Of a stretch of 64,000 nucleotides of DNA, positions 1-10,532 are shown piece after piece. The notes under the pieces were generated by a model. It did no database searches. It was not told where the DNA came from and was given only the letters and a program-made list of their open reading frames with translations. The DNA lies in contig CM060733.1 of assembly GCA_030704615.1 (NCBI GenBank), positions 9,238,001-9,302,000 on the forward strand. Reading direction: 5' to 3'. The first letter of the stretch is position 1, and each line of letters begins with the position of its first letter. The position numbers and the translations under genes are program-made. The DNA comes from Takakia lepidozioides (Eukaryota; Plantae; Bryophyta).

Positions 1-214
1 TCCCAGTACTCTAGTCCAGTTTCCAATATCTGGTACTCCAGTCCAGTTCCAGTAGTATTCAAGTCGAATTCCAATATCTTGTACTCTTGTCCATTGTTAT
101 AAAGATCATCTTGATTCTTGTTTACTCATCATGCATTCGTCCACACCAACCTTGACTTTTTGTCTAGTCTTGTATCTTTAGTCTGATCTCTTGTTTGTGT
201 CAGTCATGTTCTCG

Positions 215-1255
215 TCCATGACATGATCTTGCCTGCCTTAGCGAGCCAAAATATTGATCAGCTTTATGTGGGCTAAAGTAGGTAGTGGCTCCTAGTGGGC
301 ATATGAGGGGGTTGGAGTAGTATGAGCGGGTGAGTTGTAGCTCTGTAGTAAGAAAATCAAGGAGGGTAGTTGGGAGTGTTGAGTGTTGAGTGTGCAGTGT
401 TAAGTTTGCTTGTTGTTCGGGGGCATTTGGGAGGGAGATATAGCTTTCATGTAGCGTTGCAGCATTCTGGATGTTTCAAAAACAAAGGTTGCGGCTAGGT
501 TTTGGGCATGGAGACCCTTATGTTTGGGGTTTTGTCGGAATTTGGCCCAAAGCCATATCAGTCTGTTGAGTGATATGCTTCCAACATAGAATCCTAATGG
601 TCCGTAAATATGGGCCATGCCAGAGTGTGTTTGAATATGGGGGTCGGTTTTTGCAATGTCTTTGTCTGGGTTGCATTCCACGGTTGAGATATGGATGTTC
701 GTCAAGTTTCTTGGGGGGCGTCTGTAGCAATTGTCCTTGGGCTGTAGTTCTGTAGCATGTTGCTGGTGGGTATATGTTAGATATGTGGTATTGGTGCGTC
801 TGTGGTAGTCGATGACTGTTTGTATGTTGCGCTCTAGGTCATGATAGTGAATATGCAGGCCAAATAGTTTGTCGTCGGGCTCCCAAGTACGGTTTTTATC
901 TGGCCGGTTTTTCCATTTGCAGTGGTATAGTGTGGTTGTGTGTGGTGCCCCATATTGGTCTGTTTGTGTCTGTCGGGTTATCCCATGGATGTCCTCCAGT
1001 TCATGGGTATTAGATGAACTGGCCTCTATGGTGGTGAGGGGCATGTTAAGTGTTGCTGGTGTGTTGTTAGGTGTTTGTGGTTGTCCATTGGCGGGTGGGT
1101 GTGGGTGCGTAGGGGGATTGGGAGTTCGCGTCAATATCATGAGTCGTGACTGTGTGCGTGCAGAGCGGTATTGTGGTAGTAGTTGTAGTGGGTGGTGGGG
1201 GCAGTTTGGGGGGCATGTAGCAGAGCATGACGGGGTGTTGTGACTGCATGATATT
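215..1255 (-). pseudogene. Retroelement-like ORF relic with chromodomain-like and PCIF1-like segments
   Basis: ORF 400-1272 contains LEDIHG...YHCKWKNRPDKNRTWEPDDKL (chromodomain KW..TWEP pattern). After a stop and frameshift it continues SYYSNPLICP...YFSPHKADQYFGS. Confidence 0.5.
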
Positions 1256-1258
1256 GAG

Positions 1259-1698
1259 CATGTGATTGTCAATATTGACGGTCACACGCATGTAAAAAAA
1301 ATTGAAAAAAAAATTGAAAAAAAAAAAACATGCGACCACCAATACTGACGGTCGCACTTATTTCAAAAAAATCAGGAAAAATAATAAAAAAGCTGTAATC
1401 GCCAATATTAGTAGTCGCACACCTTTTTAAAAATTGAAAAAACATGTGGCTGCCAATAATGGCGGTCGCATATATTTTAGAAAAATAAAAAAAACATGCA
1501 TCTGCCACCAGCATTATTGGCGGTCGCACACATTTACAAAACTAGAAAAAAAAACAAAAAAGCATGCGACCACCAATATTGGCGATCGAACGTCTTTTAA
1601 AAATTGGAAAAACATTCGATCGCCACTATTGGCAGTCGCATGCATTTAAAAATAAAATAAAAATAAAACATATGACCATTAATATTGGCGGTCGAATG
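1259..1698. repeat. Array of 8 ~30-bp palindromes (consensus CATGCGACCGCCAATATTGGCGGTCGCATG) with A/T-rich spacers
   Basis: Copies start near 1259, 1329, 1393, 1443, 1496, 1563, 1613 and 1669. Two further copies at 6550-6630. Confidence 0.9.
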
Positions 1699-2310
1699 CA
1701 TTTTAAGGGCTGCTTTACACCAGGCCCAAGCCCAAGGATTCATGGGCCCAATTTGTACCACTCTTGGGCTGGTCTTGGACCAACTTCATTAATTAAAATA
1801 ATATATTTCTTGGGCCCAAGATGGATGTGTGTGTAAAGCCATTGGGCCCAAACCCACGGCCTAAGAACCATCAACCATATATTCTAGGCTCGACATTTAT
1901 ACGCTTCATCTCTAATTAACCTACGCCTCATCTCCAACCTTGTTCTTTCTAAGGTTCAGTAGTATCAATAGGTATCAGAACCTACCAGTCGGGCAGGCGG
2001 TAGGTCAAATACCCAGGGCATACCATAGATTATGGTTTGGGGCTCCCATTTCGTATCAGGCCGTTACACTAAAACAAAAAACAAAAAAACAAAAAAATAA
2101 ATAAATATATCTTTTTTGCCTTATATACGTCTATTTGTCTTGATCGTGAATGATCGTGGATTTGGCATCATGTAGCTAAGGCCAAAAGGTGGAAAAAAAT
2201 AAAAAAAATAAAAAAATCTTACATCAATTGTATGTGTAGGTGTTGGGAACCATGATCGTTGATGATCATGGTAGCACTACCTTTTACAGTATTGCCCTGA
2301 TAGTGGAAAA

Positions 2311-2398
2311 GAGAAGAAAGAAGACTCTGGCCGAGGCCGGCGTAACTAAGAGCCACTTCGTCTTACAGCTACTGCCCCTTTTCAGGAGTGAGCACTAT
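2311..2398 (-). mobile_element. Short structured retroposon (SINE-like or LINE 3' end), copy 1
   Basis: 14-bp TSD CTGATAGTGGAAAA at 2297-2310 and 2399-2412; pyrimidine-repeat tail; homologous to 5422-5507 and 6095-6171. Confidence 0.85.
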
Positions 2399-2639
2399 CT
2401 GATAGTGGAAAAAATAAAAGTTTCCATGTCTACAACCTTTCTGTCAGTCTGACAAATATCTAATTTCCTGCGGTATTAGGTCTGCTTTCGCCTGACCTCG
2501 GGTATATGTCTTCTTTCTTTGCAATATCACCTTGCGCTCACGCTTACAAAGCGTGAGCCCAAGCTCACGGTCTGTTGGAAAAGCGTGAGCCTAACTCACA
2601 GGCTCACAAGGCTAGGCTCACGTCGTAGCTGCGCTGGAA

Positions 2640-3545
2640 TTAATGCAATAGTAGCAGAATTTGAAGCTTTACATGGGATTCATTATGTGAAGGGATCGTA
2701 GATGGTCGTCACATTCCCATTACTGGACCTAGCATTGATCATGTTTCATACTATTGTCGTAAATGATACCACTCAGCATTATTGTAAGGGGTGGTAGATG
2801 CAAAATGTAAATTTTGGGACTATGATTTTGGGTGGGCTGGTCGTAGTCACGATTGGGCTCTCTTCCAAAGAACGGAGATTGGAAAAATCACGATGAAATG
2901 TGTTTTTTTGCCCTATAAACTCATTGGAGACGTAGTATATCCAATGCGTCCATGGTTCTATTCACCTTTTAAAGGTGAGGAAAATGGATTGTCTCGAGAA
3001 AAAACCGATTGGAATTTCATCCAATCCAGTACTCGAATGGCAGTTGAGAGGGTATTTGGAATACTGAAGAGAAGGTGGAGAATTCTACTGAAAAGTTTGG
3101 ACATGTCATTGCGTCACTTACCGGATGTTATCACAACATGCATTTGTTTGCATAACTTATGCATAATTCATCATGACAATTTGACATGAAATGGGCTAAG
3201 CAAGCAGAGGATCAGGGTATGCAACAAGAAGCCAACACTTTGTTGGGCAATTTCAAACAAAATGGCATGTTTCACATGGCTGAGAATACAATCAAACAAA
3301 TGTGGTGGCTACGACAACTAAAAATACGAGTGGAGGTTGAAAGAGACTTTGACTCTAATTCAAATTCAGATGAAGATCATGAACATAATTATAAGGCAAG
3401 AAGGAGAATGAAGTGTAAGTGAAAAAAATGCTTGCCGAGTCTACAGTTGCCTATGAAATATTGGCCAATACATTTTAGGAAACCAAAATAAAAAGAGAAG
3501 CCAAAGTCATTTATCTTGGTACATCTGATTCTGAATCTGAGTAGA
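2640..3545 (+). mobile_element. Degenerate PIF/Harbinger DDE transposase
   Basis: DGRHIPI, GWAGRSHD, LIGDVVYP, FIQSSTRMAVERVFGILKRRW, CICLHNLC motifs; in-frame stops upstream of 2791. Confidence 0.9.
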
Positions 3546-3549
3546 CTCT

Positions 3550-4900
3550 CTAGAAATCAAAGCTTGTCTATAAATCGATCCATTTGGCGGTCCATTCTCT
3601 ACAATAAAGCATTGGTCTTTTCAGAATTCATTACTATGATGCCCGCTATTTTCCACCATGTTCCCAAATATCCGAAGAGCTTGGTCATGAAATTTTTGTT
3701 TGATTTTTCCAGCCATTAGTGGGATTGATTCGGGGGTGGATTCTTTTTTTCCCTCACTGATCACCAAAGTGTCTGTACTGTCTTGAGGTAATTCAATGTC
3801 GTTTGCTGATGCACACACATGTTTTATAACTGACCCGGTTTATGCCACCATTGATCAATTGAATTATATAATTTGCTTTCATGACGTCCATCCCCTGACA
3901 TACCATTGGCTACTTTGTCTACTTTGTATTCGCTTGAAGAAAGGGTTGAATTTTTTTTTGTAAACAACATTTGATTTTGTGAAACCTGGAATGGTAGCCA
4001 CAATTCGAGCATAGAGCTTTAACCACATATCCATACCTACAAAACACCCAAACAAAATATGTGGAAAATTAGATGGTAAATTGATACTAGATCGACTAGT
4101 TGTATCAATATATATAGTATTAGTTGTACTAATCTCTAGTAATATAATATATTAGATATTAGACATCTAATATCTAGTAATACTAGTTGTACCAATAAGT
4201 TTGATAAAGAGTACAACTAAATGCTAAAATAAAGTGGGTACAATATAATTACTGGTGTGTTGTATTGGAAGGAGGGTTCCAGTGAAGAGAAGGATGCCCC
4301 ATATTATACACCTCATTGTACAAAGTAATATGCTTAGGTAATTGATAAATACAAGCTGCCCCACAATTTATACTTTGTAAGTACTATAGTTAGGTTGATT
4401 ACAATAGTCAAATGTGTATGTGGTTGGAGGAGGAAAACGAATGCTTGAAAGAAGCTCGAGATACTCTTTAAGCTAAGCTCAAGGCCAATTGTACGATGAT
4501 TGTCATTGCAAGGACTAATTGACGTTGGACTGATTGTCTTTGCTGGTAGAGTGTCATAGTATAATACATAGGATACTTATGGTATCCCTATAAATACTAA
4601 AAATTGACTAATTAAATAGGGTTTGGGGTTTTGTGTGTCATTTACAAGCCTACAAAGATAAAAAATAAATAATCTAACCTTGTTTTTTTGCCATTCTTGA
4701 AATAATCAGGTTCAATTTCACCACGAAGTGTAATCAACACCTCTACATCCGCATATGTTCAATTTTTCTTAGCATCATCGTTTCCATCTCCATCGAATTC
4801 TTTTTTTGTTGTCACCTTCCACATGACCTTATTTCTTGGTGCGCCTCGTTTCTGTTTGGTAGGAGCAATGTTAATTTCCACATCACCATGTTCATTTTCT
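3550..4900 (-). mobile_element. Degenerate Harbinger second ORF (Myb/SANT-like), convergent with the transposase
   Basis: Fragments such as SGDGRHESKLYNSIDQWW; convergent two-gene layout typical of PIF/Harbinger; heavily decayed. Confidence 0.5.
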
Positions 4901-5421
4901 TGGGGATTACGGTGTGAACATGCAACCCTTCTTTTATCTCCCTACTAATTTCTCTCTCACCTCCCAGCCTCCACCAATATCATGTTGATGAGTCACAACT
5001 AGATCTGGATCTTTCTAAAAGAGACACTGTTGCCGGAATGTTCACTGTACTATCAACACTTTGTTGGAATGGCTGAAAAGCATTCGCTTCCCCAAACCTA
5101 TCGATTGCAAAAATTGCATTTTCGGCATTGCTACCTTCACCAACAAAGATAGGGAAAATTTGTGAGTAGCCGTCCATGAGAATAACCACATAAAGATAAA
5201 AGCGGCGTACCGTCTCGGGGAGATCATTCCTTATCATTTTGGTAGACACGTGAGATAAAATGGTATTTTCTTTGGGGTATTAATTAATTATTATTTTAAT
5301 TTTTTCTACACCCTATAATTATATAATTTTCTAATATACATATTTTTTAGTAGGCTATTTTTTTAATATTCAGCAGCAACCATGAATATTTGATATGTTA
5401 TATTAATATAAAAATAAAATA

Positions 5422-5507
5422 TTGGGCCCCCTCTCGAAAGGGGGTAGTAACCGCAAGGTAAAGTGGCTCTTAGTTATGCCGGTTTAGGCCGGAGTCTTCT
5501 CTCTCTC
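5422..5507 (+). mobile_element. Short structured retroposon, copy 2
   Basis: 13-bp TSD TAAAAATAAAATA at 5409-5421 and 5508-5520; (CT)n tail. Confidence 0.85.
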
Positions 5508-5555
5508 TAAAAATAAAATAAAATAAATTACAAAGCAAAAACTTGCATTTTACAT

Positions 5556-5630
5556 TCCCAGATTGGTTGTGTCCACACTGCTTGGGATAGAGGCAGTGGA
5601 CATGACTGGAGGCAGCTAACAAGACATGGG
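5556..5630. other. 75-bp hairpin-forming insert between ~17-20-bp direct repeats
   Basis: AAACTTGCATTTTACAT at 5539-5555 and 5634-5650; TGTCCAC.CTGC pairs with GCAGTGGACA. Confidence 0.6.
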
Positions 5631-6094
5631 AGCAAACTTGCATTTTACATATCATTATTTGCTAGAAACAAACTCATTTATATTAGCGTCACTATGGACA
5701 TCAACGAGGGTAAATATATTTTGACCTTTATCGTAAGTCATAATTACTGAACTAGTAATAGAATCAATATCTATCCATTTACTATCAGTGACATCGTACT
5801 TGAACTTCAGATATAATGTAGACTTAGAGAAGTAATTTAGCACTACCATGATAGTGGTTGTGGGTTTGTTCAAGAGATCTACTGGCTGACGAGAGATCCC
5901 CCATCTAGTGCCCACATTCCTCCTCATCTTCTGTACCTATCCACCAGGTACTCTGATCCACACCAACAGAAACTGATCGCTACCAAATTGCCGTCAAACC
6001 AGGAAACCCTAAACCAAAATCCAAGTTCCACTTGCATCCATAGACTGCTTGACACGTGTCTTTCAAAAATACCTCCACCCTATGAGTAATTCTA

Positions 6095-6171
6095 GAGAGA
6101 GAGAAGACTCCGGCCGAAGCCGACGTAACTAAGAGTCACTTCACCTTGCGCCTACTGCCCCCTGTCGGAGG
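6095..6171 (-). mobile_element. Short structured retroposon, copy 3
   Basis: 12-bp direct repeat TGAGTAATTCTA at 6083-6094 and 6172-6183. Confidence 0.85.
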
Positions 6172-6635
6172 TGAGTAATTCTAAATAAAATGTAATTGCA
6201 GCCTTTAACCTCTACCCTATATTCATTTAAATGCTCCCGCCTATATTTCTCATACCCAATATTACTCTGAAAAATGTTCTAATTTATATAACACCATATT
6301 ATTTTTTGTACGTTAGGTGGTAATTTTTGGAAATGGACCCCCCAAGCGTACCGTGAAGTAACACAAATTTTGGAGGCTCTCTTCCCGCGTTGTTGTGGTG
6401 ATTTCATCCAACGGTCATGATCAAACAAAAATATTATATTTTAATAACAAACTTCTTGGCTGGCTAGAGAGTGTGGAGAGTTGGGTCTCCATTTCAGAAG
6501 GGTTCATTTTTCTTGGGTTGGCCCAGGAAGTTGGTGCCAAAACTTATGCTGCGACCGTCGATATTGGCGTTGCAGACGTTTAATTGTTTTTTAAAAAATA
6601 AAATAAAATGACCATCAATATTGGCGGTTGGAGTA

Positions 6636-7008
6636 CCGTAGAGGTCGCTCTATTTCGACTTTAATTAATTCATTTTAAGATATGATGAATCTCTTAAAAT
6701 TTTACCCTGGAAGCTGTAGATGAAAGATGAGAATAATTTTCATTTTAAAAAGTGAACTTTGGGGGAACAAAAATAAAAAAAATAAAATACAGAATGTAAA
6801 AACATTACAGTAGTGAGTGCTAATACTAATTACTTACTAATTACAAACTACTTACTAATGAAATTTAATGACAAATACAGAATTCCAGAAAAATCTGATG
6901 AAGCTTAGATGAAAAAATTAATATTGTCATTAGGCCTACCGAACCTGGCGACCTGTATGTATTTAATGATTCCGGCAGGGGTCCGTCGAAATAGAGCAAC
7001 CTCTACGG
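6636..7008. mobile_element. Tc1/mariner-type MITE
   Basis: 24-bp TIRs CCGTAGAGGTYGCTCTATTTCGAC (1 mismatch) flanked by TA on both sides. Confidence 0.85.
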
Positions 7009-7189
7009 TAATTTGCAAAAAAATCATTGTGAAGCCACCATGTCTTTGACAAAGCACATGGCGGATTAGGTGGCCATTTTTTACCATAACTTATTTTTTC
7101 TGATATTTCGGTAAAACCGATGAGACGCGGGTCACATCAACGTCATGTCTGACGTGACGTGTGTAACCCTGATCGAAAGGTGTATTTAC

Positions 7190-7473
7190 AAGATGTAAAT
7201 TTGCGTGCATGTGTCATGCAAGATATGTCAAAAATCATGTATAGTACTGCAAAAAGCGAGGATGACGCAGGTGAAACATGGGCAGTGTGCGAACTTGTGA
7301 ATTTGTGTTTCAAGTACCCCACTGTAAGTGAATTTTGTGACTACTTGGAGCAGGAGTGGGTTCCTAAAGCTAAGATGTGGACAATGGGTTCTCGCAACAT
7401 TCCATACGCAAGACAAGACACAAACACCACCATTGAAGCTTATCGTGGCAATCTGAAGGCACAACTGAAATGA
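7190..7473 (+). mobile_element. MULE-type transposase fragment
   Basis: FCDYLEQEW...ARQDTNTTIEAYRGNLK (TN..IE.Y/WH motif); related fragment at 48240-48557. Confidence 0.7.
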
Positions 7474-9902
7474 TGCACAAAGAACAAACTGATCATCTAC
7501 TACATTAATGGTATGTTGTAACTCACGATCCCCCTCAGTTTCCAACATTGTAAAATTGTTAATCACCTGATCCAAAGCTACATCACAACAATAGAGTCTT
7601 GTAAGATATCATAACCCTACATCTTGCATAGCCTCAATGCAAATTCAGAATTCAGCAGAGCACTATCATGCTCGTACTGGATAACATCATTGAGAGTGTA
7701 ATAGCAGAATGTAAAGGACCAGACAACAACAAAAGCATAAATGTAGCATTGTAGCAAAATCAACCTCATTAATGTGGTATTGAAGAACATCTCTCCTGAC
7801 GACCCACAGAAGTAATTTTCAATGGTGTCCAACATCTGTCAAAGATAAAGAATCACATTTCTTTCAGCGCAGTTTGTTCATAGCCCATACATACGAGACT
7901 TATAACGTACGCCAATGCTAGCCACACAGGCAGTTATGGCCCATGTGTATGGTAGAACTGGACCAGCCAAATAATTTGATAGAACGTTGGACAAGTGGGA
8001 GGATGATTATGCATCATACAACCCAATACATTGGAGCATGTTGAATGCGTTGCGAATGTCTGATGGGACTCAACAAAATAAAGCCTAGAAAACAATATTG
8101 GATGAATCTGGAATGGAGCATTTGTCATATACAGTTTCTCGAATGATACCCGGTCCTACATTTGTTAAAGATGCAAATGCATTCATGAGTTGGGAGGTAA
8201 AGTTGAACAGTTGTTTTCTTAATTACTTGTATATCATGTATGTATATAGAAGATGCCCCTAATAGCTCTATGTTTTGTAGATATACCAAGTGCTATTTGA
8301 AAATTATAGGCTTCTTGGCGATGCACTATGCTTAGGATTTTGTTTTAGCATTGAAAGTCTGAAGTATGCAGAGCACATTGATCCATATGCCATCAAAAGA
8401 GCAGATATTCAACAGCTTGAATCATTAGACATAAGTTATATTTTCTGTAGACATTGATGTGGAGGCAATCGATTTTTTAAATTGTTGTCACTTTCTGGGG
8501 CTATCTATGGCTATGGAGGTACAATCATCATATTCTATCATTTGTAAACATGTTGAATTTGTGATGTTCAGTAGATCTCATATTTCAATGACTCTTCACT
8601 AAAGATGATATATGCAATTCTAATTTCTCTCTGTTGTGACAAACATGACGTATGGAGAACACCATCGCTTGAGCCGTTTCATTACTGGATCCAAGTTTCT
8701 CTCTTTTGAGAGCATCATATTGAAGGACAATCTCATATCGGTACGGATTATTATCCCAAAGCGTCGGTGTGCAACAAACTGTTAAAATTATCATTCTTAT
8801 ACGACACTGAGGAAGAGATGCAAATCAAATTAAACATTTCAACCATTCACTCTGGATGGGGGAGGGCATAAGCAAGATTTGGAATGACTCGTTGTTTAGG
8901 TAGGGTCTAGACAAGTGCTTGCATATGGGAGCAACTCGTATCAGATCAGCCCGTATCATATCTCTACTCCACATCCTACCCTGTCTCCATGAACTTATGT
9001 AGGTGAAAGTGGGGAGTGTGCAACTTGCAGTGTCTTATGGCCCCTGAAACTAATGTAGTTTCTACTTTTTGAGTGTGGAATTCGAGACCTATGTTGGAGT
9101 GTGACCCTCCTTGCAGCATTCCAAGCAGACTGACATTTGGGGGTGCTACTTCCAACGGAGCATAATTTTTTTTTATGATTTTCCTCAGTACACTGTACCT
9201 TGACTGTTGACATATCCATAACTTTTTGTTAGGTTGATGTCATCCCATACCTCCTCCATATGAGAAGTGAGAATACCTCATCACTTTAATGCTGTGAGAA
9301 TTGCAGCGTCTAACATAAAAGGTACCTTACAAGTTGGCCCAACAGGTTTGCACTTTGCTCTCCACGATTACTTTCTTGATGATACTAAAACCCACTCTGG
9401 ATGAGCTTGTGAAGAAGAAAATGAAGCAAGAATGGTAGCGGAAAGCCTCTCAAGTATGGATATGACCTAGGCAGGGCAACAACAGGGTGTGGTACAACTG
9501 CTTGCAGTGCCAGTGGAGTAAATCAGTTTATAATTCATTAGCTGCTCTATTGAAGTTGTTAGGAGTCTGAAGGACACGTTGACAGCAAGCACAGATACTA
9601 TCATGCCATTCCGTCACAAATATATGCGGGTACCATTCCATCACATTTCGATTTCAATATTTCTAAGTGTCGCCAATTTGGCTGGGAATTGGAGAATCTT
9701 TTAGGGTTTTCAGAAGCAGCTCTTTGGAAAAACTCCATGATTAGAGCGGTGGCATAAATTTCGAGCATGATGGAATATTTCATGCTAGCAATAACTTCTT
9801 GCATTTGGCTGCAAATTCATGTCAGAGTAAAGGGTACTACCACAACTCTTAGAAATGGCTATTCTGCAACACATGTCAAGGAATCTTATAAGAAGCACCC
9901 AC

Positions 9903-10532
9903 CAGTGTTACGCGGATATTTGATTCAGCCACAGACCCCCGGCGGGTCCCAACCCGGATCTGCCGGAGGTCAAAAAATCAAATATCTGCCTCCTATAAGA
10001 ACCGCCGGATGTGAAAAGATGGGATAAACGGATCCGGTTGAAAACCGGTGATTTTGTGTTTTTTTTAAATTTGATTTGAACCAGAACTAGTGGCCAAAAG
10101 AAGCAGATTACGAGCCCATATATCCGGAATTGAAAACCGGAGGTTATAATCCGGACAATAGCCGGTTATTCATTCACTTGATATAAAGGAGGTGGGCCAT
10201 AGTCATGAGCTGGCCTGTCTTCATTTCATTTCTACTCATCACGTTAAGAGGGACACGCATTTTTTCATTAGTATTCTTAATACATTAGATTTTTAGTTTG
10301 GGTTATTTTATGTTATAAAATAAAATTAGATTTGTTTGATAACCGGATACTGAACCGCCGGAGGCCATCCTGTCCATAACCGCATAGTTTTGTATAATTT
10401 GCTGCCAACCGACATGATATAAAAAAACGGAAAAGCTCCAAAACCCCGGAACCAGAGGATCTGAACACAAAGTTAAAGTTAACCATCCGTAACCGGCTGA
10501 TATTAAGAAAATCAAAGAACCGCACAACACTG
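9903..10532. mobile_element. Non-autonomous hAT-like element
   Basis: CAGTGTT...AACACTG termini, degenerate 8-bp TSD GCACCCAC/GAACCTAC, many ACCGG/ATCCGG subterminal motifs. Confidence 0.7.

Noticed and set aside
1259-1698. CRISPR array
   Set aside because: Spacers are low-complexity A/T runs, repeats are diverged full palindromes, there are no cas genes, and the context is eukaryotic.
5583-5601. miR408-like complement GGGATAGAGGCAGTGGA
   Set aside because: Partial match with an indel and mismatches; could be chance.
5655-5860. Short ORF (LKFKYDVTDSKWIDID...) as a host gene
   Set aside because: Fragmentary and embedded in repeats; more likely a transposon C-terminal remnant that I cannot assign.
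6092-6125. Helitron 3' end (hairpin plus CTAG on the minus strand)
   Set aside because: CTAG overlaps a TSD and is missing from the other two copies; Helitrons do not make TSDs.
8990-9850. Possible decayed minus-strand gene
   Set aside because: Coding-like stretches, but no recognisable motif or consistent exon chain.
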